Source: Lama glama (taxonomy: Eukaryota). From it: a stretch of 64,000 bases of DNA. Below are positions 1-23,147 of this stretch, piece after piece; within the stretch, counting starts at the first letter, position 1; each line of letters begins with the position of its first letter. Where the stretch lies: NCBI GenBank assembly GCA_028534125.1, contig CM052832.1, forward strand, positions 8,930,001 through 8,994,000, in the 5' to 3' direction. Below the pieces are notes generated by a model. That model was given only the letters and a program-made list of their open reading frames with translations. It made no database searches and was not told the origin of the DNA. The position numbers were made by a program, and so were the translations under genes.

Positions 1-946
1 GATTCAATAAACATGCTACATAGTAGAGAGTAACAGGTGACTAAGACGTGGCCCTTGTGGGCAAGACGGACAGGAGAGCGGCCATTAGAGCCAAGGCATC
101 ACCAAACCAGAGGCCAAAGAATGCGGGAACACAGAGGGCTGGGTGACAACATGTGCCTGAAGATTAAGGAAAGTCATCCCTGAAGATGTGACCTTGGATT
201 TGACATGGATTTAGGCAAAGAAAGAAAGGAGAGAGAGAAAGCAGTCCAGGCCAATGGGAAGGCATCCGTATGGGCCCTGAGCCATAAAAAGCCTGTCGTG
301 TTGGAAGACATCAAGTCCGAGGGGTAGGACACCACGAGGGGCACTGGAAGAATGGGAGGGGCAGCTCAGGATGGCCGGGGGTGCAAACCTGAATTTATGA
401 GCAATGAGATGCCAACAGGGGTTTTTAAGTTAAAGGAGAGCAAAAATGTTTTTAGGATAACAACTCTGGCTACAAGGATGTCAGGGAATTGGGGAGATTG
501 GGATCATGTCTTCCTCCCTCTGTCCCTGCTCCCAGAACTCAGGACAGGGCACAGCACATAGAAAAGTCCACAGCACTGAACTGCTTTCTCTGAATACAGA
601 TCAGGAAAGACCACTGGCCTACAGTAGTGGCAGGTCCCACTGAGTCTGTCCTAACCTCTCAAGGCTCCTTTCCATGGTAAGACTCTTCTAGAATCTCAGA
701 ACCAGCATATCAGGTCATTGAGAACACAGGAGAACTGGCCCCCAAGGCACACAGACCTGGGATGAATTCCAGCTCTGCTGTTTCACTGTCGAGTAAAAGT
801 TATTTACTGTCACTGCGCCTCAGTTTCGTCTGTACAATGGGGATGATGATGATAACAGATGACCTCAGGGGAGTGTTGTAAAGATTAAATGAGAAGATTA
901 TAAGATTAAATGCATGCAGAGTACTTAGCTCAGTTCCTGGTACAGA

Positions 947-1386
947 GTGTCCCCCCAAAATTCACGTCAACCCAACATCTGTGAATGTGACCTTATTTGG
1001 AAACGGGGTCTTTGTAGATGTAATCAAGCTAAAATGAGGTCACACTGGATTAGGGTGAGCCGTAAATCCAACATGACTGGTGTCCTTATAAGAGGGCGGA
1101 AATGTGGACAGAGACTCAGGCATACAGGAGAACACTGAGTGAGGACAGAGGCAGAGACCAGAGTGGGGCATCGACAAGCCAAGGGACGCCAAGGATTGCA
1201 CAGCCACCAGGTACTAGGAGAGAGCCACGGGAGAGGTTCTTTCCTAGAACCTCAGAGGAACATGGCCTGCTGACACCTTTAGTTCAGACTTCTGGCCTCC
1301 AAAACTGTGAGAGAATAAACTGCTGTTATTTTAAGCCACCCAGCTTGTGGTAATTAGTTTTGGCTGACCCAGGAAACTAATACACA
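947..1386 (+). mobile_element. MLT1-type (MaLR) solo LTR inserted in a MIR
   Basis: Typical MLT1 motifs GTGAATGTGACCTTATTTGGAAA, GACTGGTGTCCTTATAAGA, TTTTAAGCCACCCAG...GGAAACTAATACA. MIR-like sequence on both sides (about 750-945 and 1387-1410). Confidence 0.8.
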
Positions 1387-2104
1387 GGTAATTGCTCAAT
1401 AAAATAAATGTTGGTTGCTATAATTATTATTAGGATACACCAGAAAGACTGACAAATGCTGGACATTGGGTAAATTTGGCTGTGACAGCCCAAAACTGGG
1501 GACTAGCAAAAGGGCAAGAGAAGGAGGGTACCAAACAGCTTTTGATGACCTGGGCCTCCCAGCCTGGCAGCCAACTATTCTACTGTCCCTCTGCCTAAGG
1601 CCACTCTGCGTACATGTAAGTACGTTTCCCCCAAAATCATGGAGCAGAATTCCTGCAGCTGCCTCAACCAGGTGAGCCCTGAGCAGCGTTTCACAAAGCA
1701 GAGCCCAAGGTGAACGCAACATGCTCCTTTTCCAGAGGGCAGTGGAGAAATCACATCAGCTGGACTCAGCATACTTAACCTGCTTCATTTGCCTTCATCT
1801 GCCTACCCACAAAAGGGGAGGCTGTAAGGTTCCTTCCAGCTCTCATCTGAAGTTGGTTTGTTTCCTCATTCACTCACTGATGCATTCAGATGCTGGTGCC
1901 TCAGGTGTGTGTGCCAGGGCCTTTGGCGTGAGCAAGAGCCTCTCAGGGCTCACGTGTTAACACAGGAGACAACCAATACACAATGAATTCCCACGGAACT
2001 GTTCCATTACAGCTGTGGTTAAGTGCGGCTGTGGTGTGGTGCTGGGTGCCAGGAGCCCTGAGTGAGTCCTGGGCCCGGGGATGGGGGTGGGTGGTTCAGG
2101 AAAT

Positions 2105-2495
2105 GACAGGCAGTCTGTCTAGTAACTGAACAGGCAGGAGTATCCTGATGTATCTTCATAAAAGCAATGGAAGTCATGAATACTAGTTGATACAGTTCAA
2201 ATAAAGACATCTTCACAGATCTTCAAGAAAAGCATAGGCTACTCCTCCCTAAAAGGTCATAAAGTTAATGTACATCCATGTTTCCTAAGTTATTAGCCTC
2301 TATTTTGTAAACCATAGAAATCACAATTCTCAGATCAGTGTATCAGAAGAATAAGAATGCTTCTGAATTCCTGTAATCTGTATTTTGACTTAGGATCATA
2401 CAGTGCATTGTAAAAGGCTTTATTTAGACTATCTGTGAACTTAATATATGTTAATTAATAAAACTGAATGGTTTTAACATGTTGAAAAAAAAAAA
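2105..2495 (+). pseudogene. Candidate 5'-truncated processed retrocopy (3'UTR plus poly(A)) of an unidentified mRNA
   Basis: AT-rich island in a GC-rich intron. AATAAA at 2457-2462, A11 tail at 2485-2495. Parent gene not recognised. Confidence 0.5.
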
Positions 2496-3866
2496 GGTGA
2501 GAGATGGGAAGCAGCCCCTGAGCTATTCCCTCCTGTCCCTTTAAATCCTGTTTCTGAGTCTCTTGCCGCTTTGAATGTCAATTGCCTAACAGCCTCCCAA
2601 CCACCTTCCCAGCCTCCCAACCACCTGCCCAGCGGGGTCCCACGCATGTTACTGGCTCCTGAAGGGGAGACTGAGCCTGGATGGTATGCTCCCCAGAAGC
2701 ATCTCCTGGTGATCTGTGAACCCTGGGCACCAGCACACAGGTGTGGGCCTCCTTCCCTCAGAGTTCATAGTCTGCTGGGGAGAAACACATCCAGGAAAAA
2801 ACAGTGCCAGCACTGAGGGACAAGGACTGGCCTACAGACATGTCTGGATGCCAGTGTAAGTGCAAAGGAAGAAGGAATTTTGCTTCTGTGGCCCTCAAGT
2901 CCCATGTCTGTAAAATGGGGAAAACCTACCCAGCTTCCTCTGATTAGTCAAGTAAAATGATGGCTGCAGGTGTGAAAAGTGCTTGGCTCTCCTTGGAGGT
3001 GACGGGGCCAGGAGTACCCAGAAAAATCTAAATCCAGAGTTAACCCCAATCAAACCCTTGTTAACTGATCTCCTCTCCCCTTTCCAAACCACAAGACCTG
3101 CCCGTCATTAGAGCGCTCCGCTGCCTGGTAGCCTCCGTCCCTCTGAACAGTTTAGAACGGGAGGGAGGAAGCACAAAGACCAACGGTCACCAGCTTCCGG
3201 GTAACACAGGCACTTGCACCACATGCTCCCAGGACTGTTCACCATCCAGAGCATCCCACTAAGCACACTCCCAAACTTCCCAAGACACACTACACTCTGA
3301 ATTTCCTTAAGTGCCCTGCCTCCTATGCACGCTTCTATTGCCATTTATTGCTTTACAGCCCTAGACTGCCAAGCTGTGGCGACCTCTGCTCACGACAGTC
3401 CTTCAGTAGCTCCCATCTGATTGGGACCAAGGGCCGTGGACCCAGCCCTGCTCGACTCAGGGACACCAGCCAATCCCCACCCCCTGCCCTGCCCAGAGCT
3501 ATGCTGAACCCACTCGCCGCCCCACTGAGCAACCAATGTACTTTTTCCCTCCTCCCCAGGACCCCTAGCTTTTTGCCCTAAGAGGGAAGGAATTCTCAAC
3601 ACTCCAAGTTGGTAGACAGAGAATCGACTTTCACAGGAATCGCTGGGAAGTGGGAAGAACTGGAGGGCTTATTTGGTCCATAGCAGCCAAAGGGAAAGCC
3701 TGCCAGAGGGCAGTCTGGACGGGCTGTCCAGGCCCCTCCCTGGCTATGAAAGCCTCTTTCCCTCCTGCTCGGATAACCTCTGGCCCCCCGGGATCCCTCA
3801 CCCCACTGGCCATGAAGAGCTGGAGCGCACCTGCACCGTAACTAGGGCTGTGCCCAAGTTCATTAC

Positions 3867-3944
3867 CTCTTCCGTGCTCTCGCCTCCACCATCTTTGCCC
3901 GAGCTGCTGGGCTTGGCTGTGCCTTTGGCAAGCTTGGGAGGCTC
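3867..3944 (-). CDS. PPP2R5D: PPP2R5D coding exon 2 ([26 protein letters not shown]); the gene continues beyond the window start
   Basis: 78-nt exon between a CAG acceptor and a GTAATG donor. It continues exon 1 in frame and matches human [26 protein letters not shown] as recalled. Confidence 0.94.
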
Positions 3945-4689
3945 CTGCAGGGAGATGAGGGAAGAGTTAGCAGATGCTGGGCAAGGGAGAGCCTTATCCA
4001 CATCCTTTAGGTATTTGTTGTAATTCTCCTCCATCAACTGAATCAGTCCATCAGTCAGAACCACTGAGCTCCTAACTTGAACCTGAGGCAGTGGGGATGG
4101 GAGTTAGGGTACACACAAGGAGACTCAGTCCCTCCAAGGTGCCAAGGAGTTTAGAATCTGGTTAGGAAGACGTCTCTAAGACACGACAATTCAGCATGAC
4201 CATGGTCTGTCGCCTCACAAGGCTGGTGTATGTCAAGCAAGAACCAGGGTGAGGAGTCTTAAGGGAAAAGTATCACAGAATGAGCTGCTCTGACTGGTTT
4301 CGGGGTAAATCGGGCAGAGGGGGCTTGAGGTTCTCATGCTGGAGGGGAGGGAGTCACCACTCTACCCTCAAGGCCACCTGCAAAGACCTGGAATACCATT
4401 TTTGGATGTCACAAATGGCACCCAGACTAGAAAGTGCTACTGGCATAATCAGGGGGCCCAGGGATGACAACAGGTACAGGCTTGGCCCAAGAGTGCCTCA
4501 GCAGTCAAGCGCAGAGACAGGGACGGGGGGAGCCCTGAATGGCTACAAAAAGTGAGCACTAGTCCGAAGTCTCCCTCAGGAACCAGGCCACTGGCTCAGA
4601 GCACTGACCTGCCCAGCATCTCTTCCTATCCTTCCGGCCAAAAAAAGCAACTGCCCAGGGAAAGGATGGGGAAAATGTGAAAAATACTT

Positions 4690-5375
4690 GGGGATTTAGG
4701 TCTCCCTACAAGCTCAACACAAATCACCCACGTGCTGTGGCTGTCACGGCAGCTCACGCGACCTGCTGTCCAGTTAACAGAACTGTGCAGAGTACTTGGC
4801 TCTGGGGGACACAGAACCGCCCCATCCTTGGCACTGATGGGGCCATTCTGGATGATCTGGTTCAGTCAGGAGCATCAGACATTGGGAGGGACAAAGACAC
4901 ATGCTAGGTTTTCTTCGGGAGAAATACAACCCATACTGGGAGTAGATTCAAAAGCATGTCCTGAGAGCAACAGCTGCAGGAACTGGGAGAGTTAACAATG
5001 GAAGGAGGAGTCACGGCGGGTGGGGTAGCAAGAAAGATCTTTACAAATAAACGAAGGGCTGCCATGTGGACTAAAGATGCAACTTGTTCTGTGTGGATCC
5101 AGAGTCCCAAGAGCCAGGCCCTGCCTTTCAGGGCAGGAAGACAGGCTGAGGCTCCAGAAGAGGAAGACTTTTCTCCAGGAGCAGCTGCACAGAAAGCAGC
5201 TGCCTGGTGAGGCTGTGAATCCCCCAGTCCTGAGAGTATTCAAGCAGAGGTGCATTCAAGTCATCCTCACCCCGCCACCGAGGCATGGCGCACAAGGGAC
5301 TCAAGCCTTAAATGAAGATCGGGTTGGAGGACCTTGGAAATCACTTCCAGCTCTGAGGTTCTGTGACTTGACAGC
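4690..5375 (+). mobile_element. Ancient L3/CR1 LINE 3' fragment
   Basis: CR1-like 3' motifs (GAGGAAGACTTT, CTGCCTGGTGAGGCTGTGAATCCCC...GTATTCAAGCAGAGG, ending TTCCAGCTCTGAGGTTCTGTGA). Confidence 0.55.
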
Positions 5376-8300
5376 ACCTGAGCCCCTTCAGTAAGAAGTG
5401 TTAAATCAAGTATTTGTGACAATGAGGGGAAAAGGATTTCGGGGAGGAGAGAGCTTCCTGTGGGCTGGAGTCCGGGGGCAGGGAGGTAGAAAGCCACTCC
5501 CAGGCGTGGAGCAGCCCCAGGCAGTCACACCCGCAGGGCCCCTCACAGTGGGCTGAGTGCGCTCCCATGTGCCCAGGCTGGGCACACTCACTGCTTGCCA
5601 AGGGGCCAGGGAGCGGTGCAGAGCGGTGGGTGGAGGGGAAAAGGATGAGGGGGGTGAGGGCAGGATGCAACACCTAGGTGACCATCTGCACACACACCCC
5701 AGACGTGGGCCTCTCGGACAAAGCTGACCCATCTGCACACACACCTCATCTCTCTACGTGATCATAAGCTCCTCATTCCTTTTTGTACTCCTCCACCCAC
5801 CCTACAGCACTCAGACACATCTCTCAGGGAACATGTCAAAGAGAAATCCCGGCTGCCTGAGTGTGTGTAGGTGTGTGGAGGCGTGGGGAAACCAGGCCCG
5901 CCACCCCTGCTCCCTGGCTCCTGCAGAACAGGTGACATGCACACATTTCAGCCCAGCCCATCATCAGGTGCACAGCCTTGTGGTATGGAGACAGCCCGGT
6001 GGTCCAGGCCCAACTCTTACTTGTTAGGTAAGCATGGGCGAGTCACTACTCTCACCAAGCTTCACTTTCCTATTCTATTGAGTGCTGACAATCATAGTCC
6101 CTAATTCCCTTTAGCACAGTGTCTGGCATGTGAAAACCTTAATGTCAGTCAGTGTTATTACTATTATTATGAACAAGAAGAAAGCGGGAGGGGACAGGGG
6201 CACCCCACCCAGGAACCTAAAAGAGAGAAGTCCCAGATTAGAACATGAGGGAAGAAGGATGCAAATACTCGCAAGGACTGACTTTTCACCCATCCATTAA
6301 GTGCCTACTGTGTGCAAGAGAGATGCCAAACCAAAATGGAGCTTAGTTATTATCTCAAGGGTGAAGAAAAGACCTGTCTTAATTCCAGTCCAAGGGAACA
6401 CAAAAGGGCCATAAGTGACCTACCAAGTGTTCTGCAAATTCAGGAGAGGAGAGAGAGCTCACCCCCAACTGGGGGTTCAGGATGGTCTTCAGGGAGGAGG
6501 CTGTGAGGTTTGGCAAGGAACGGGACCAGCAGAGACAAAGGAGAAAGGGGAGAGGTGACGGATAAGCAATACAGATCCTCCATCCCACCTCCTCTTTGCC
6601 CCCACCCTACCCAGGCAAACCCCAGTCACATTGTCAGGATTTGTCGACCACTGAAGGAGGCCAAGTGCAACTAGAAATCAAAAACAGAGTTAAACCTTCA
6701 AGGAGATCAGAGATGCCTGGCCTCATGCACCCCAATCCTTCCAATACTGTTTCCCAACCAAACATTTACACCTGTAGTCCTAGCAAGACTAAGAATTTTT
6801 CTTCTTCTCAATCCTCTAGTAGTGAAAGGCTTTCTGTGGATGGGGCAGTATCTGTTCTATCAGATGAAAAACTACAGATAGGTGTGGACCTCCGCAGCTT
6901 TCCTAGAAATTCCATGCCTTCCACACTCCTGGAAGGAGCCCCCCAGCCCTTGATGTGGCTGATCTGTGTGTGCATCATCCACAGCTAAGCTGCCCAAACC
7001 ACCTCAGCATACCCACTCCCCAAGGGCACGGAGCCCGGGGAGGGCACACAAACCCGCCTAGCACAGCACCCCAGGAGGTTCTGTGCTTGCTACACCATCA
7101 CCAACCCGACACTCAGAACTTTAGGCCCTGAGAGGTTATGGGGACAATCCAGAATCAGAGCTTCCTGGCAAACTTCCAACAGCCCCCGGAAAAAGACTAA
7201 TTGATAAGGTCAGAGACGGCAGCCCAGTAACCCAGCCAATCAGAAGGCAAATGAAAGCAAGACACCACGGGGTCATAAAGTGGGTGTGCAGAACACCAGG
7301 CCAGAGCCAGCGCCCACCATGAGGGGCCAGCCCTAGGAGAGTAGAAGCTGGCGGAGGCTGGAACTGGTATCCTAGCATCCTCTGTGTGAGTCTGTACCTC
7401 AAAGGAACCACACCTCTGAGTCAGACCTCAGCAACAGCAGGAAATAGAGGGTAGAGAAAGACAGGGACGAAGAGGGGAAGGCGGTTCAGAGGTAGAAGAG
7501 GAAGGTGAAAGAAGGCAACAACATTCAGAGACAGTCTGTGTCAGGACACCAGGACAAAGGCAAGGGTGTCCAGAGGTTGCTGCCCTGTGGAGTAAGAAGA
7601 AAAACTAATCTGATAGTGAGGGCAGAATCCCAATTTAAGGATGTTGTGGCCCAGGAAAGAGAAACCCAGCGCTGGAAAAGGAAAAATACAAAGGTTATCC
7701 TCAGATTAGGAATAAGAGGAGGAGTCTGCGCAGATTAGGAAAGGTGACCGGTTTAGGATGAACCTGGGAGTGGGTTGATGCCTGTCAGAGGGGCTTTGGT
7801 ACAAAAGAGGCCATTAAGTCAGGAAATCTGATGTTACAGCTGGGCCTCCAGCAGGCTGTGTGACCTTGGACAAGTCCCTTCCCCTGTCCCCTTGTCGGGG
7901 CCTCAGTCTCCTCATCTATATCACTAGGGATTGCACTGAATGCGCTCAGACACACTGACGTTCTTAGGTTCCATCGGCAGAAGGAAGGGCTCAGTCCTGG
8001 CTTACAAGTTTGTGTGTTAAGGAAGAACTAGAGGGAGGGGCCTAGGCCAGATTCGGTGGAGGAGAGAGAAAGCAGAGCCGTTCTAGGTCAAGGAGCTTGG
8101 CGGGGAGGGAGAAGGGGCTGTAGGGATGGTGGAGAAAGCAGGCCCAGGCCCAGGCGGGTGAGAGGAGGAGGGAAGAGAAGGGGCTGCGCGGGGTTGGGGA
8201 GGGGGGTGGTCAGTTTTGGAGGGAGGTGCTGTCTCAGATGAGGGGCTGTCCCAAACGGCAAACGGGTGGGGGATGGGGAGGTGATGGGGGTAGAAAAAGC

Positions 8301-8608
8301 AGGGGAGTGACCTGGGAGTGAGGCAGGATCAGGAGGGAGGAGGTTACCCTGGGCCAGGGGTCGGTGCACGGAGGAGGGGAGGGAGGTGCATGTGGGGGGA
8401 CTCCATCCCGGGCAAAGGGTGGGAGATTTCCCAGCTGCGGCACAGGCTAGGGGTGCGACCAGCAGCGGGGGCGGAGGGCTGGCCCTGGGAGTCCTCCGGG
8501 GGCCGGACGGGAGGGTCAGTCTGGGGCTGTCCCGGGCCTGGCTCAGGCCCCTCCCAGAGCTCCGCGCAGGCCCCGAGGCGGAGGCACGAGGAAAAGGGCC
8601 ACGCTTAC

Positions 8609-8635
8609 CTTCTCCTTCTTCAGTTTATAGGGCAT
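8609..8635 (-). CDS. PPP2R5D: PP2A regulatory subunit B56-delta, coding exon 1 (MPYKLKKEK)
   Basis: ATG at 8635 in a CpG island, 27 nt, followed by a GTAAG donor. The peptide matches the known PPP2R5D N-terminus. Confidence 0.95.
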
Positions 8636-8639
8636 CTCG

Positions 8640-9070
8640 GCCCGTCCGGACCCGGCCCGGCTCCTGCGGCCCCGCTCCGGCTCCGGCTTTGCTCGGCCGC
8701 ACTCGGCCCGCTCGGCTTCTCTTCGCCACCGCCTGCGCGCTGCGCCCCGGTCGAGCGGTATCTGCGCCTCCAATTGGCCGGAACTCTTACAAACCTGCCT
8801 GACAACCAGGCGCCGCCTTCTCCGATTGGCCGCTGGAGCCAAGCGGCTTCCTTTTTTTCTCATTGGAAAGGAAGAGTACAAACCGCCAGGGTTCGGCTCC
8901 CATAATTGGCTGAAGTGGAAGGTCCCGCCCTAAAGGGGGTCGAGCTTAGCGTGGGAGGCGGGGGTCAGGGGAAACCCGGGTTTAGCACAAAGTGCCGCAC
9001 TTCGGCGTCTGCTGTGCGTCGGCTTCGTCCATTCTTCGCAGCCTTTTTCCTTTCCCCACTGCTACTCCGC
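8640..9070 (-). promoter_or_regulatory. PPP2R5D CpG-island promoter with four CCAAT boxes and GC boxes
   Basis: CpG-dense region directly upstream of the ATG. ATTGG on + (CCAAT on -) at 8773, 8825, 8862 and 8905; GC-box motifs near 8924 and 8955. Confidence 0.7.
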
Positions 9071-10082
9071 CCAGTCCGAATTGAAGGAAAGAAGCCCTAA
9101 AATGAAGGGTACCTTTCTTCATCAGGGTAACGTAGCACTAATTGCCTACGCAAAATCGGTGGAGAGAGCTCCCAGAAGTCCTCGAGGGCATCTGTTTCCT
9201 AGGAAAGGCTGGAGGAGTTTCAAAGGGGAAGCCTGGCAGATCGGGACTGGGGTGAAATGAGATGAGAATCCCGAGCTTGTTGCAACTTTGGACAGAGGAT
9301 CCCCGTTCCTACTGCACTGGGGCTGGGGAACCAGCTAGACCTGAGCACTTGCGAATGCAATGGAAATGCTACCTCATTATTGAGTGTCTGACGAAATGCA
9401 TCCCTTACTCCCCACCCAGCCCAAGCCAGTGTCCTATGGATAAGATCAGTTCCTGCCCTCAAGGAGTTCACAGTCTGGTGAAGTTCACAGTGGTGCATAA
9501 ACAGATGATTAAGATACAATGTATTAAATTACACAAACCTCGAGGTGACTGGAGTATGTTTCAGAAAGTCAACTCCAGTAGCCGATTGACTTGAAGAAAC
9601 TGCTGAAGGCACAAGAATCTGCCTGAAGTCCTCGAACAGGAGAATAATGTTATAAAGCAGTGGCCATAGGCATGGAGAAGAAAGGACAAAATTGGGAAAT
9701 GTGTAGAATCAACAGGATTTGGTGATTCATCGGATTGTGGGAAGGATGGTAAGGGAAAGGGAGGGGTCGAGGATGACTTCTGAAAGCCGTCAGAGATGTA
9801 GGAGGAAAATTGGTGTCATGATGGCAAAGGAAGTATAAAAGGATTGGTCAATAGTGTCAGGTTAATGCCAGAGAAAGGCTGAGTAAGATCAAGATCAAAC
9901 AGTATCACCTATATTCTGCAGTTAAGAGGTTACAGGGGAATCTTTGCAGGAAAGTTTCAAAAGAGTGGAAGGAAAGTTATAGTGGGTTGAAGAGTAAGCA
10001 AGAGGCATGGAAGTAAAGGCAACAAATCAAGGCTCCTGGTTATCTTACAGAAGTAATATTTGGCTTTCAATAACTAATGATA

Positions 10083-10228
10083 GGCGGAGGGTGTAACTCA
10101 GTGGTAGAGCGAAGCTTAGTGTGCACAAGGTCCTAGGTTCAATCCCCAGTACCTCTATTAAAATAAATAAGTAAATAAATAAACCTAATTACCTACCCCC
10201 CAAAATATTTTAAAAAAAAAAGAAAAAA
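10083..10228 (+). mobile_element. tRNA-Ala-derived SINE (camelid Vic-1-like)
   Basis: A box (TAACTCAGTGG), B box (GGTTCAATCC), AAATAAAT tail and poly(A). Flanked by the TSD AACTAATGA. Confidence 0.85.
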
Positions 10229-10610
10229 AACTAATGACGATTTCAAGGTAATGCCGAGTGGACAGCATACCAACCATTATTTGCTGGGAGAAGAGCCTGG
10301 GAGGAAAGGATGTTTATTTGTGGACGAATATTTGTGTTGTCTGTATGGGTGCTGACCTAAGCAGGATACCAGATGTATTTACCCACTCCCAAGGCCTCAA
10401 GGAGCACTATAGCCCTGAGGCCTGGATCTTGCCTGCTACTGTGTAAAGCAGTCATATCCTCTTTGGACCCACCCCATCATCCTCCGGGTCCTTGTTCCCT
10501 TTGAGAGTCAGGGAACTGAGCCACAGAGTTTAGAACTACCAAATGGGAACTTCCATCCTTGTGAATTCAGGACTGTTCTTGCATGCTGTTTTAAAGATAT
10601 AGAACTGGTT

Positions 10611-10745
10611 GGGGAGTGGGAGTGGTGTATAGCTCAATGGTATAACACATGCTTAGTATACACAAGGTCCTGGGTTCAACCCCAGTACCTCCATTAAAAA
10701 AAAGAAAGAAAGAAAAAGAAAAAATGTTAATAAATTAATTTTTTT
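10611..10745 (+). mobile_element. tRNA-Ala-derived SINE
   Basis: TATAGCTCAATGG...GGTCCTGGGTTCAACCCCAGTACCTCC with A-rich tail. Degenerate TSD TTAAAGATATAGAACTGG / TTAAAGATGTGAAACTGG. Confidence 0.8.
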
Positions 10746-11653
10746 AAAGATGTGAAACTGGGCAATTTCAGGTTTAGGACTAAAGGTACCTCCAGAAACT
10801 ATAATCAAACATTTAAAAAATATTTCCTTGTCTCTCTAGGGATAGAAATATCTTATAACATGAAAATATAATATTCACCTCTCAAATTTTCAGAAAATTT
10901 TCAGGAATACATAATGTACAAAGTAGAAGACTGCCTCAAGATGAAGGAAAGGAGAAATTTGGGCAATCGTTGGAAGAGAATGCAAGGTCCAGAAAGAGTA
11001 GACTGCCACCAATCAAACCATTGATTCTAAATGCAAGTATATTGTTAATAACTGGAAGTGTGACCAACCAGTGTCCAAGTGTCTTATACAGAGCGGAAGA
11101 CAAGGATGTACTCTAAGTAACAGCACAGACGGGAAGAAAGCTGTTGGTTTTGTACTCATGACTGAAGCCTTGAACCCTTCTCTTCTGCCTGCTCTGCTGC
11201 CCACCCCTCTCTAGGATAGAAACAGGAATGGGTCTCCAGTCTGCAAGGATTGGTGGAGGGAGAGCAGCCAGTTTTGGAGAGATGAAAATGCAAAGCTGCT
11301 TTGTCTTCACTTCAAATTTGGTGGGAGTAGATCGAACAGGACAAAAAACAGGACAAGAAACGCTGGAACGTGGGTTTTGTGTAGAATGTGTTGAAACAGG
11401 TGTGGCAGCACCAAGCACTTCAGGGCTACATGAATCACATATAGTTATTCAGCCAGCAACCACTACATATCCATAAGCATGTCTGAGACAGTTTTATAAT
11501 CCTACCACTCCCTCGTGCAATCTTCCTCACAACCCCCAAACCTAAGTGCCTACAGTTTCGCAGAGTGGACTCCTTCCTAAACACTCCACAGCTCCCAGCA
11601 GGGGGTCAGCTTTGGTTCAAGGGGCACTGGACCATTCATTGATCATTCAATAA

Positions 11654-22506
<10,853 letters not shown>

Positions 22507-22800
22507 GAGCCTCCTCGGCCTGGGACCCTGCCCACGGTGGCAAAAGGTACCTGGGTATCTCCAGAGACCTGAGAGAGCAAAGGCTGTTTCTCAGGCTGCT
22601 GCCGTCAACCCACCTGACGGCTGCCTGCCTCCGGGAGATCCCCTGGGTGCCGAGTGGCATCAGGAGCCCCAGGAGAGCTCAGGAGGCATCCCCTCCTGCC
22701 CTCCAGGCCAGTTCCAAGACTAAGGCTCTCTGCTCAGGAGAAGAGGTGGGGCCTGGAGCTCTGGGGATGGGGCCCTGAGAGAGCACCTTCTGTGGCTGAA

Positions 22801-22806
22801 AATAAA
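22801..22806 (+). terminator. PEX6 proximal polyadenylation signal AATAAA
   Basis: Canonical hexamer about 295 nt after the stop, followed by GT-rich sequence (GGTGGTGTG). Confidence 0.7.
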
Positions 22807-23147
22807 GTGTATGCTGCCCCCTGCTGGTGGTGTGATCTGAAAGGTTGGAGTAGGGAAGAGCAAGGCTGTGGAGGAGTAAACCCAGGGGTGGGCAGGTGGG
22901 TACCACAGAAGCCTGATCCTTACGACATAAACACAACACATACAGTCTGAAAAAGGCACAGACTATATTGTTCCCCCTTCCATCTGTATGAACCCAAATC
23001 CCTGCTCCCCAGCTGCAGACTGCCCTTCCCCTCACCCACCCCAGGATTTGCACTGGGGGCTGGGTTTAGTGTAGGGCTACTGGTCCCCTCCTCCCCAGAC
23101 AGAGCCTGGCAGCTCCTGGGCAGTGGTCTGGGGAGCTGAGGCCTTGC

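Noticed and set aside
8056..8905. Multiple overlapping ORFs at the PPP2R5D CpG island
   Set aside because: GC-rich, stop-poor sequence. Only the 27-nt exon 1 is supported by homology and a splice donor.
10083..10156. tRNA-Ala gene calls for the SINE heads (also at 10611, 13563, 47398, 55297)
   Set aside because: They have disrupted stems or anticodons, shared A-rich tails and TSDs, so they are SINEs rather than tRNA genes.
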